Below are positions 36,424 through 46,610 of a stretch of 64,000 nt of DNA, one piece after another (the stretch's first letter is position 1; each line of letters starts with the position of its first letter). The stretch spans positions 192,696-256,695 of the forward strand of contig CAWBPL010000002.1 in assembly GCA_963790805.1 (NCBI GenBank). Direction: 5' to 3'. Position numbers and translations under genes: made by a program. Below the pieces are notes generated by a model. That model saw only the letters and a program-made list of their open reading frames with translations, searched no databases and was not told the origin of the DNA. The DNA is from Candidatus Gottesmanbacteria bacterium. Lineage in GTDB: Bacteria; Patescibacteriota; Microgenomatia; UBA10105; UBA927.

Positions 36424-37059
36424 GTGAACATTCATATTCAAATACTCAATGCCAACGGACGGCTTACGCCGTTTATAAATACTATAGAAACGGCATCAAA
36501 ATCCGCAATCGATCACGTAACGAAATATATTCCCGTTGATAACGTCGATATTATTTTCTACGACCATCCCGAGCGGGCTATCGATCATCTGGGATTCGGC
36601 GGATATTCCCTTACGGACAATGTTGCGATGATTCCGGTAAATCCGAAGTTTCCAGAACTGGAAATACGTTTAAAAGAAAATTTCGTACGGACTCTGTCGC
36701 ATGAACTCTATCATTGCCTGCGACACTATACGTATACCAAGAGACACACGCTTTTCGAATCACTGGTGAATGAGGGGCTTGCCGATCATTTCGATATTGA
36801 AATAAATAAAAAAGAGCCGGAAAAGTGGGACACGGCGCTTGATAAAAAACAGGTTGAAGAATGGACGAAGCGCGCGAAGAAAATATGGAACAGTTATAAC
36901 TACAATCATCCTGCATGGTTTTTGGGATCAAAAATACTTACCATCCCCCATTGGGCCGGTTACAGCATCGGATTTTCAATCATCGAGAAATATCTGCAAA
37001 AACATCCGGACAAAAAACCTTCGAATCTTTATAACGTTGAGGCAAAAGAATTTTTGTAA
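36424..37059 (+). CDS. Putative Zn-dependent peptidase (DUF2268-like, HExxH)
   Basis: LSHELYHCLRH (HExxH) followed by NEGLADHF (third ligand region). The start appears to be GTG. Confidence 0.55.
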   Translation: MNIHIQILNANGRLTPFINTIETASKSAIDHVTKYIPVDNVDIIFYDHPERAIDHLGFGGYSLTDNVAMIPVNPKFPELEIRLKENFVRTLSHELYHCLRHYTYTKRHTLFESLVNEGLADHFDIEINKKEPEKWDTALDKKQVEEWTKRAKKIWNSYNYNHPAWFLGSKILTIPHWAGYSIGFSIIEKYLQKHPDKKPSNLYNVEAKEFL

Positions 37060-37174
37060 TATTTTATAGCATATATTTTAGGCCGTTATTGCAACCTAAC
37101 CCGAATTTTTATACAATAGCGACTACTTATTGAGGTTTTCCTCGTTCTCAAACTTCTGCCAGTTCGCGATAATT

Positions 37175-38011
37175 ATGAACGTAGACAGTGATTATCGATA
37201 TCATTTTCAAGAAATCTTATCACCCGAGGATATCTATACACGCCTCGCCCTCCCGTTATCAGATGTTGATCGTCAAAATCTTTTAAAAATGCTCGTCGGT
37301 TGGAAAATTGCCAATAGAGTACGCGACGGCCAAACAATAGGACTAGGTTCCGGAACAACTTCTGAAGCTGCAATTCGAGCGATCGGTGAACGGTTACACC
37401 ACAAAAAAAGCCTTCAAGTTGCCGGCATCGCTACCTCTAGAAAATTAGCAGTTCTTGCGGGAAAATTGGGAATATACGTGGAAGATTTTGATACCACTCT
37501 TAATGGTATTCGTACTACCCCGAAAGGCGTACAAGACGTCGTTTGGGGATTTGACGGAGCTGATGAGGTTGAAGTAATCCGTAATCAGGAAAAAATCATC
37601 GGATTTCGCATGATAAAAGGCGGCGGCGGAGCCCACACCATTGAACGGGCCAATGCAAAAAGATGTCAACAATGGATCGGCATTGTTGACGAGAGCAAAA
37701 TCGTACCAAGCTTGGGAGCTTTTCCTGTTGCAGTGGAAGTTATACCGAATCAGGAAGAACATGTGAGAGCAGCTCTTATGAGCGGATTCAGTCCTCTAAA
37801 TATTACTCGAAAACCTGCTTTTACTACTGATTTGGGAAATATCATATTAAATGTCAACATGGGACAAGGAAGAATTAAAGATGAGTGGGAAACACAGTGG
37901 CGGGAAATTTCCGGCGTCATCGACACCGGATTATTTATTCATGAAGTAAAACCATACGAAGTCCTCGTAGCTCACGCCGACGGATCTATCGAATCTCTAC
38001 AGCCTCAATAG
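37175..38011 (+). CDS. rpiA: Ribose-5-phosphate isomerase A
   Basis: Start trimmed to MNVDSDY. GLGSGTTSEAAIRAIGERL, GFDGADEV and KGGGGAHTIER are RpiA signatures. Confidence 0.8.
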   Translation: MNVDSDYRYHFQEILSPEDIYTRLALPLSDVDRQNLLKMLVGWKIANRVRDGQTIGLGSGTTSEAAIRAIGERLHHKKSLQVAGIATSRKLAVLAGKLGIYVEDFDTTLNGIRTTPKGVQDVVWGFDGADEVEVIRNQEKIIGFRMIKGGGGAHTIERANAKRCQQWIGIVDESKIVPSLGAFPVAVEVIPNQEEHVRAALMSGFSPLNITRKPAFTTDLGNIILNVNMGQGRIKDEWETQWREISGVIDTGLFIHEVKPYEVLVAHADGSIESLQPQ

Positions 38012-38245
38012 CGTTACGGCGAATACGAATTGCCCATAAATCAAAAAATCTTCTTCGCGTTTTGGGAAAAATTAATACGCGCGAATGAGATTTGAATGCA
38101 AAGAGCATTATTTTGACTTCAGATCTATAGGATCATATAATGCCCCTATCGCAGATAAAGAAGAAAGGAAAGTATTCCTCAACAACGAGAAATTGCTCCA
38201 ACTATTCTGACAGGTGAGTCTGAAGTTGCCAAAAAGCAACTTGCC

Positions 38246-38875
38246 ATGGTCCTGCGGTTACATCCGCGCATAAAAAGGTTCCATATTGACGTTATCACGG
38301 ACGAATTTTTGCGTAAGCAGGATGCTGACGGCAAACCGACGCTCGCTTTAGAGCAATGGATGCAATTACTACAAGAAGGATCTTTCTCAAATGACACACC
38401 AATTGATGTACACCTTATGACCGTCGATCCCATACAATATATAGCCTCATGTTACGAAACAGGGGCCGCGAGAGTGTATGGTCATATCGAACACATGACG
38501 GGCGATGCTATGGCACGCATAGAATTTATTACTGCTGTAACTCAACTTGGCATGGAAGCCGGTCTGGCACTTGATTTAACAACTCCCGTACAAGAAATTT
38601 CCGATATCGTTGATCAAACAAATCTCAACGCCGTACTGCTTCTTGCGGTTGCAGCAGGCAGACAGGGACAGAAATTTCATGAGGAAGTAATAGGAAAAAT
38701 TACTCAGTTGAGAACTCTGGGGTTTACCGGCCCGATTTGCATTGATGGCAATATGAACATGAATACTATCCCGCCTTGTCTTGATGCTGGAGCCAGCTAT
38801 GTCGGTGTTGGTAGTGCACTTGTCGGTGCCCAAACCCAAGAGCAAATGCAAATAAACTGGGCGCAGTTGCAATAA
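38246..38875 (+). CDS. rpe: Ribulose-phosphate 3-epimerase-like TIM-barrel protein; 5' end unresolved
   Basis: FHIDVITDEF and VHLMTVDP resemble the Rpe metal-binding His/Asp motifs. The in-frame upstream sequence encodes EIAPTILTG, the usual first beta strand, but has no ATG/GTG/TTG. See findings. Confidence 0.55.
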   Translation: MVLRLHPRIKRFHIDVITDEFLRKQDADGKPTLALEQWMQLLQEGSFSNDTPIDVHLMTVDPIQYIASCYETGAARVYGHIEHMTGDAMARIEFITAVTQLGMEAGLALDLTTPVQEISDIVDQTNLNAVLLLAVAAGRQGQKFHEEVIGKITQLRTLGFTGPICIDGNMNMNTIPPCLDAGASYVGVGSALVGAQTQEQMQINWAQLQ

Positions 38876-38920
38876 TCAATCCCCGCTTTCATAGGTGAGG
38901 GGTAACAATTGGAATACTAA

Positions 38921-39895
38921 CTATACCTTGATTTTTAGTGACATAAAATACCAATTGAGTCTGACTAATAAATTTATTAAAAATAAAATGCTGTAAGGTA
39001 TTAAACGGTCAAAAATTAATAACATCCCAGCTGTTAATATCGCTAAAAAGAAATTGTTGGTGGAATTCATTAGTCTTACGACCCCAAAAATGTCGCGATG
39101 GAAGAAATAATAAATAAGATAAATGATCGAAAAAAATCCAATAAACGTTCCAGCTGCTCTATATGTTATTGGGAAATCTGATCCTGAAATCTTTGGTTTT
39201 TCAGATGTCTGTGTCAAATCCTCCAAATCATTATATGAATAAGGAGTGAAAATTCCTGCTGCGAAATCTTTAGAATTTTTAATTTTTTTCCCAAAAAAAT
39301 ATAAATTCACTTTTTTCAAAAAATTATTTGTTATTGGTATTAATTCTAATACTATTTTTTGCAAATATACTTGCATCCTAAATAATATTTTTGCACCAGT
39401 TTTAATATGCAATTTATATATATACTCAACAACTTCTTTGGGTTCAACGTAGTTTTTCTTCGTTAAATCATAAATTCTTTGTTCATCAAGATTAAATTCA
39501 TATCTAGAAGTTATTTCAAGATCCACTGGTTGTCTTGTCGCTTTGCTTTCACTAACTGATTCTTTAGTCGGTGAATCTTTATCTAAAAAATAGAAATTAT
39601 TCTTAATCAAGTAACGACTGGATTTAATAACTGCAACATAAAGCGGTACCTTTTTAGCATCTTTTGATTCATGTAAATCCTTAGTCAAATACCATACTCT
39701 AATCATCGCAACAGAATCGTTTTTACCATTTGGGAATTTTACAGGAATAAAAGCATTATTTTTTTGATAGTCTTTAAGCAAACTTAAACCCACAGCCTCA
39801 CTACTATCTTGCCATGGAATAATTTCCACGTCTTTTATTGTGGTAAAAAGATCTGAAATATGTTTAGTTTCCGGAGAAATGTTTATCGTTGACAT
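38921..39895 (-). CDS. Hypothetical membrane protein encoded by a strongly AT-rich gene
   Basis: 324 aa, Lys/Asn/Ile/Phe-rich, with 3 C-terminal TM helices. Hand counts of two 60-nt lines gave 27% and 13% GC, far below the neighbouring genes. Confidence 0.45.
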   Translation of the reverse strand: MSTINISPETKHISDLFTTIKDVEIIPWQDSSEAVGLSLLKDYQKNNAFIPVKFPNGKNDSVAMIRVWYLTKDLHESKDAKKVPLYVAVIKSSRYLIKNNFYFLDKDSPTKESVSESKATRQPVDLEITSRYEFNLDEQRIYDLTKKNYVEPKEVVEYIYKLHIKTGAKILFRMQVYLQKIVLELIPITNNFLKKVNLYFFGKKIKNSKDFAAGIFTPYSYNDLEDLTQTSEKPKISGSDFPITYRAAGTFIGFFSIIYLIYYFFHRDIFGVVRLMNSTNNFFLAILTAGMLLIFDRLIPYSILFLINLLVRLNWYFMSLKIKV

Positions 39896-39922
39896 TATGT
39901 ATAATTTTAAATTTAACTCTAC

Positions 39923-39949
39923 AAAAACCCCCTCTTTCGAGGGGGTTTT
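39923..39949 (-). terminator. Rho-independent terminator of groESL
   Basis: The minus strand reads AAAACCCCCTC-GAAA-GAGGGGGTTTTT, 13 nt after the groEL stop. Confidence 0.75.
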
Positions 39950-39961
39950 GAGTTTATAATC

Positions 39962-41628
<1,667 letters not shown>

Positions 41629-41640
41629 TTACCTCCTATA

Positions 41641-41939
41641 TTATGAAACGATCGCCAATATATCTTTCTGTTCAACGATGCATCCATTCTTCTCCATTTA
41701 CTTTTACTTCGTTGCCGCCCCATTTTTTATACATGACCTTCATCGCCGACTTTCACAACCATGGGGACTTTTTTTCCTTTCTCATCAGTGGTGCCGGGGC
41801 CGACGGCCATAATTTCGCCCATCTGGGGTTTTTCCTTCGCAGTGTCCGGAAGAATGATACCGGACGGAAGTTTTTCTTCCGCTTCAAGCGGTTTAACGAG
41901 CACATTATCAAATAACGGCTTTATGTTGGTTTTTGCCAT
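41641..41939 (-). pseudogene. groS: Co-chaperonin GroES, interrupted by two +1 frameshifts as assembled
   Basis: The ATG at 41939 sits behind AGGAGG and gives [49 protein letters not shown]...VKVGDE. The frame shifts near 41737 to [19 protein letters not shown], then near 41680 to IVEQKDILAIVS-stop. 299 nt minus 2 gives 99 codons. Confidence 0.8.
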
Positions 41940-42007
41940 AAAGACCTCCTTTTTAAATAAATAACCTGATTTTTTTGTGTGGGCTGCCACACACTTCAGC
42001 AAAACTG

Positions 42008-42034
42008 TTGGCAGTCCTATGAAGTGACTGCTAT
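42008..42034. promoter_or_regulatory. CIRCE-like operator upstream of groES
   Basis: TTGGCAGTC-N9-GACTGCTAT compared with TTAGCACTC-N9-GAGTGCTAA scores 7/9 in each arm. The C>G and G>C changes are compensatory and keep the palindrome. Confidence 0.5.
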
Positions 42035-42061
42035 TTTAGCTTCCATAAAAAACATTGTCAA
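42033..42061 (-). promoter_or_regulatory. sigma70-type promoter of groESL
   Basis: The minus strand reads TTGACA (42061-42056), a 17-nt spacer, then TAAAAT (42038-42033), immediately followed by the CIRCE-like palindrome. Confidence 0.6.
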
Positions 42062-42929
42062 GGGGTATCTTCTTAACGCGAAGTCTTTTGGCAAAATCTT
42101 TTTTAATCCACACACGGGCATCCTTAGGATGGAACCGAAGTACGCCATCAGATATTACTTCATGAGACCGCCGCGACGCCATATACCACAACTGGAAAAA
42201 TTTGGCGGGTGCTTCAAACAAACGGAAGAATTTTCGCGAAAGCCTTGTCCACCAGTGGGAAATCTTGGGATGTTGATTGCGGCCGACGTTTTTTATGCTC
42301 CATGCAACCGGCAAAAATTCGCTTACCCAGCGGTTTGCCTGCAAAAACCGCCAATAGGTATTTCTTCTCGACCATAACGGCTCCATCTGCAGCACTTCGT
42401 GGGCGCTAAACAGATCCCTTTCTCCTTCCGTCACCGTCATCGCTTCTTCGCTCATAAACATATTGACGCAGATTTTATTTTTTACTTTCTTGTCCGCCGG
42501 TTTTCTTCTTCTGCCGATAAGATCAAGCATGAGCACGACAAGAAGACGGCTGATCCAGAGCGTCCGTTTGGCAGTAATAAAAAATAAATCGATGTCATCA
42601 TCAGGCGCGGCATTATTGACGGCGACCCCTCCGGTAACCCCGATGAGAAATATCGTCGGTATATATTGAAGCCATCGGCCGACTGAACGCGCAATTTCCC
42701 ACTTTTCTTTCGCGGCCTGCGCGCGTTTCGATGACGATTCAAGAATGCTTTCGCGGTTTTTCAAAAACAGCAGATAATTTTTTTGTCTGACACCGGAAAT
42801 TGCACTCAAGTGAACATTTTTCCCCGGCGTTTGTTTGATACACCAGTAGTACAAATCATCCTCAGTGAGTGGATAATCAAATACATCAGCATAGGCTACC
42901 GTTGCATAGAGATAATCTGAAATTTTCAT
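42036..42929 (-). CDS. Hypothetical protein with a nucleotidyltransferase-fold motif
   Basis: GVTGGVAVNNAAPDDDIDLFFI resembles the G[SG]..DxD minimal nucleotidyltransferase signature. The rest is unassigned. Confidence 0.45.
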   Translation of the reverse strand: MKISDYLYATVAYADVFDYPLTEDDLYYWCIKQTPGKNVHLSAISGVRQKNYLLFLKNRESILESSSKRAQAAKEKWEIARSVGRWLQYIPTIFLIGVTGGVAVNNAAPDDDIDLFFITAKRTLWISRLLVVLMLDLIGRRRKPADKKVKNKICVNMFMSEEAMTVTEGERDLFSAHEVLQMEPLWSRRNTYWRFLQANRWVSEFLPVAWSIKNVGRNQHPKISHWWTRLSRKFFRLFEAPAKFFQLWYMASRRSHEVISDGVLRFHPKDARVWIKKDFAKRLRVKKIPLDNVFYGS

Positions 42930-42937
42930 AAATGTTC

Positions 42938-44551
42938 CTATGGGGAGGTTGTTGGGGCAGTAACCGTCAATCCATAACTTCCCAGAACTTGCGCAAATCC
43001 GTCTGCTGCCGTTGCTAACGCCTGTGTCGGAGCTGTCCCCTGACCCACGGCGTTGATGGCATCACCCATGTATTTTATCAGTTTATCGTTAATTCCGTCA
43101 TCAAACGTTCGTGAGGCCAATGGAAACGACTTGGCCGTCGCGGCCTCATTAATATACGCTCCGACATACGGATCGTTCGTGAGGGTGCTTGCTAAATCGG
43201 TGCGCGCATACGGTTCCCCGAATAAGCGTGTTTTGGACGCATCGGTATAAAACTGTGTTACGACATCGCGACTGGTCATATATTTTACGAGCTGCCACGC
43301 CAGTTCCTGATTCTTACTTTTCGACGAAACCGCTTCCACCCAATATGAAGCCCAGTTTACCGTATTTCCGGGTAATTGTGGAATAGGGACAACTTTAAAA
43401 TTTAATTTCGGATTTGCCTCTTTCACATCAAACACCCGCCATGACGGAGCCAGTATCATTGCGACCTTGCCGGACGCAAACGCGACAATGGAATTGTCCA
43501 TAGAGTCGTTCCATGTATAGACGGGGTCCGTTGGAGTCGAAAACTTCCGGTAAAATACAATCGCCTGCTCCGCCTGCGTCCCTGTGGGAACTGATAACTT
43601 GGCGCCGTTTTGCATCATCATGGTGGCTATAATATCGCTGAAATTTTCTATATTGCCGGTTGTCCCCAAAGCTATGGCTGATGTGACTATGGTATCACCG
43701 TTTTTTACGGTTAATTTGGGAACAATGTTTAAAACATCTTCCCACGTGGCAGGCGGCGTAACGCCCGCCGAAGCAAAAAGATCCTGATTATAGTAAAGAC
43801 CCAGCCCGTCAAACATAATAGGCATCCCGTAAATGGATTGCCCGCCAACAAGGTCGGCGCTCGCCACAGGATAAAACGTCGAAGCGAATTGCGCAGCCGT
43901 CATGATGTCCGCCGGAGCCGGAGCGAGCTCGTTTTGAAACATCGGCACCCACGTATTGTGGATTCTATAGACATCCGGTCCGTCTCCGCGGTCGATAGCT
44001 GCCTGCAGGCGTTCCCGATATTGATTCGGCGACTGCATAGTATAGACAACCGTAACATTGGGATGTGCAGTTTCAAATGCAGTAAGTACGCTTTTCATCG
44101 TTGCGTCATTCTCCCAGAGCCCCCAATAGTTGAGAGTAACTTTTTGTGATCCGCCGGCACCCAAAAAGCCAAGCAAAAATTTTATCCCGACTCCGACAAG
44201 CGCCAATAACACCAATACGCCAAGTATGAGAATCAGTCGTTTAGGCATTGGATTCGAAGGAGGTGGGACGCTCATGGGAACATCTGTCCCTAGTTGATCG
44301 ACAGCTGCTTCTGGAGGTGTCTGGGGGATAAATGGATTACCTGCGTCTGACGCAATCGGTACAACCATCGGTTGATCGGCTTGTTGGGCCATCGGCGTGT
44401 TTGTATCGGGTGGGGAGGACACAATGGTGGGATCAGGACTCGGCGCAGGAGCCGTGGGAGGCACGGTCTCAGGCGACGGTACTGACGGTCCTTCATATTG
44501 CTGTGGTTGAGACATAGTTACTGTGCCTGTTGATGAAATTGGCTCATCCAT
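42938..44551 (-). CDS. Membrane-anchored extracellular solute-binding protein (ABC sugar-type SBP) with a Pro-rich N-terminal region
   Basis: TM anchor ILILGVLVLLALVGVGI, then VTLNYWGLWE...YNQDLF...ILAPSW, a family-1 SBP layout. No permease or ATPase gene is adjacent. The start is uncertain (ATG at 44551 or 44515). Confidence 0.65.
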   Translation of the reverse strand: MDEPISSTGTVTMSQPQQYEGPSVPSPETVPPTAPAPSPDPTIVSSPPDTNTPMAQQADQPMVVPIASDAGNPFIPQTPPEAAVDQLGTDVPMSVPPPSNPMPKRLILILGVLVLLALVGVGIKFLLGFLGAGGSQKVTLNYWGLWENDATMKSVLTAFETAHPNVTVVYTMQSPNQYRERLQAAIDRGDGPDVYRIHNTWVPMFQNELAPAPADIMTAAQFASTFYPVASADLVGGQSIYGMPIMFDGLGLYYNQDLFASAGVTPPATWEDVLNIVPKLTVKNGDTIVTSAIALGTTGNIENFSDIIATMMMQNGAKLSVPTGTQAEQAIVFYRKFSTPTDPVYTWNDSMDNSIVAFASGKVAMILAPSWRVFDVKEANPKLNFKVVPIPQLPGNTVNWASYWVEAVSSKSKNQELAWQLVKYMTSRDVVTQFYTDASKTRLFGEPYARTDLASTLTNDPYVGAYINEAATAKSFPLASRTFDDGINDKLIKYMGDAINAVGQGTAPTQALATAADGFAQVLGSYGLTVTAPTTSP

Positions 44552-44558
44552 AAGAAAT

Positions 44559-44579
44559 ATTGCGAATACTATTCGCAAT
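44559..44579. promoter_or_regulatory. Perfect 9-bp inverted repeat (candidate operator) in the divergent SBP/vanW intergenic region
   Basis: ATTGCGAAT-ACT-ATTCGCAAT. Confidence 0.4.
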
Positions 44580-44611
44580 TGCTGTCACGTATCTAGTACA
44601 ATTATCATATC

Positions 44612-46042
44612 ATGCGTGGGTCAAAGAACAAGACAAAAAAACATATCGCACATATACAGAAACTCTATAAGAAGCTCCCCTTTTGGATAAAGGCCCTTGC
44701 CGCGGGAACGATCGCGTGCGGTTTTTTAACCGGCATACTGGTAACGGTATTTGAACAACAATATCAGGACCGTATCTATCCCAATGTATCAGTTGGAGGA
44801 ATATCGTTTGGCGGAAAAACAAAAGAGGCAGTCGCATCATACTGGAGTACACGTAATCAACCATTTGCAACAGCACAATTTGAATTGAAATTTGAATCCT
44901 ACGTAGCCACGATATCAGGAAGTGATATAGGACTCGGGTATGATGCTGATCTTTCCGCCACACAGGCATATCTTGTCGGTCGATCCGGAGGTTTTTTAAG
45001 CAACCTCTTTGTAAAATTTTTCAGAAAACAGGTAGATTTGCAACCGTATTTTCGATGGAACGAAAGTGGCATTGATGATACATTAAATTCACTTTCAGAA
45101 CAAATAGATATACCAGTCCAAGACGCGCTCTTTCATTTTGCAAATAACAAAGTAACATCATTTAAACCATCGAAAGACGGTCGGGCGCTGAACATGGATG
45201 AAGCGCGCGAACGAATTAAAGAAGCGTTCTATACTGCCGCGCGAACAGATCAGCAGCGTCTTATTATCTTATTACCGGTTGACACTGTCCATCCGTCCAT
45301 TGCCACGAACAATTCCAATTCGTTTGGCATTAAAGAGCTCATCGGTGAGGGGTATTCGGAATTTGAGGGATCAATTCCAGGGCGCATTCATAATGTGGCA
45401 CTTGCCGCATCTCGGGTTAATGGAATTCTTATAAAACCCGGCGCGACGTTTTCGTTTGATGATGCAGTGGGAGACATTACTGCAGCTACAGGATACGAAT
45501 CTGCGTATATTATCAAAGATGGACACACTGTTTTAGGAGACGGCGGCGGCGTATGTCAGGTAAGTACAACACTCTTTCGCGCGGCACTCAATGCAGGGCT
45601 TCCGATTGTTGAACGCCATGCTCACGACTACCGTGTCCATTATTACGAAGAAGGGGGCTTTCCTGCAGGGCTGGATGCGACCGTCTATAGCCCTTCTGTC
45701 GATCTCAAATTTAAAAACGATACTCCCAACTATATACTTATTCAGGCAAAAACCGATACCGAAAATCTGACGCTTACGTTTGATTTGTACGGCACGAGCG
45801 ACGGAAGAAAGTCGATTATTTCCAATACCAAACTCTGGGATGTGGCTCCTCCCCCACCGGACCTTTATCAGGATGATCCGACCATCCCAAAAGGGACAAT
45901 AAAACAGGTAGATTTTTCAGCTTGGGGCGCCAAAGCATCATTTGATTATAACGTGACGCGCGGAACCACTATACTGGAAAACACAACATTTTATTCTAAT
46001 TTTCAACCGTGGCAAGCAGTTTATTTACGAGGAGTACAATAG
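44612..46042 (+). CDS. VanW-family protein
   Basis: N-terminal TM, then GHTVLGDGGGVCQVSTTLFRAALNAGLPIVERHAHDYRVHYY, the VanW core. Confidence 0.8.
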   Translation: MRGSKNKTKKHIAHIQKLYKKLPFWIKALAAGTIACGFLTGILVTVFEQQYQDRIYPNVSVGGISFGGKTKEAVASYWSTRNQPFATAQFELKFESYVATISGSDIGLGYDADLSATQAYLVGRSGGFLSNLFVKFFRKQVDLQPYFRWNESGIDDTLNSLSEQIDIPVQDALFHFANNKVTSFKPSKDGRALNMDEARERIKEAFYTAARTDQQRLIILLPVDTVHPSIATNNSNSFGIKELIGEGYSEFEGSIPGRIHNVALAASRVNGILIKPGATFSFDDAVGDITAATGYESAYIIKDGHTVLGDGGGVCQVSTTLFRAALNAGLPIVERHAHDYRVHYYEEGGFPAGLDATVYSPSVDLKFKNDTPNYILIQAKTDTENLTLTFDLYGTSDGRKSIISNTKLWDVAPPPPDLYQDDPTIPKGTIKQVDFSAWGAKASFDYNVTRGTTILENTTFYSNFQPWQAVYLRGVQ

Positions 46043-46169
46043 GTAAGCTGTACGAGGAGGTGTGTATTTTCGAGCATCGTCACGCAGGGTATGGACAAAA
46101 CATAATAGATACATAACGTTGCTTGACGAGGAGAGCAAAAGGCATACCGACTGATAGCACAGCAATAAT

Positions 46170-46595
46170 ATGGGAAACAAAAACGTGGTCTTAGTTGGCG
46201 GATGTTTTGATTTATTACACTACGGACACATCTCATTTTTAAAACAGGCAAAAGCTCTGGGAGATTACCTTGTTGTTGCGCTTGAGTCAGATGAAAATGT
46301 ACGTCACGCAAAAGGCGACACGAGACCGATCCACACGCAACAGCAGCGAAAAGAAATGTTGGAGGCGGTTTCCTCTGTCGATGAAGTAATTCTCCTTCCC
46401 CCTATGCATTCAGATAAAGAATATTTCGATCTCGTTACTCGCATCAAACCGGCCGTCATCGTCATCACTGAGGGCGATCCTGTTAAAGACAAAAAACAGG
46501 AACAGGCAAATCTCGCCGGTGCACAGTTAACCGTCATTCCCAAAATTCATACCCCATCAACAAGCCAGCTGGCCAAGCTTCTCGATCTCGAGTAA
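46170..46595 (+). CDS. Cytidylyltransferase-family nucleotidyltransferase (TagD/RibL/HldE-C-like)
   Basis: VLVGGCFDLLHYGHISFLKQAK is the (H/T)xGH nucleotidyltransferase motif. 141 aa. Confidence 0.7.
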   Translation: MGNKNVVLVGGCFDLLHYGHISFLKQAKALGDYLVVALESDENVRHAKGDTRPIHTQQQRKEMLEAVSSVDEVILLPPMHSDKEYFDLVTRIKPAVIVITEGDPVKDKKQEQANLAGAQLTVIPKIHTPSTSQLAKLLDLE

Positions 46596-46610
46596 AATAC
46601 AAACATCGCC

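Noticed and set aside
41977-41994. The hairpin GTGTGG-GCTG-CCACAC between the nucleotidyltransferase-like gene and groES, as a terminator.
   Set aside because: On the transcribed (minus) strand the hairpin is followed by an A-run, not a U-run. It also lies downstream of the groES promoter, inside the 5' UTR. It may be a leader structure, but it is not a canonical terminator.
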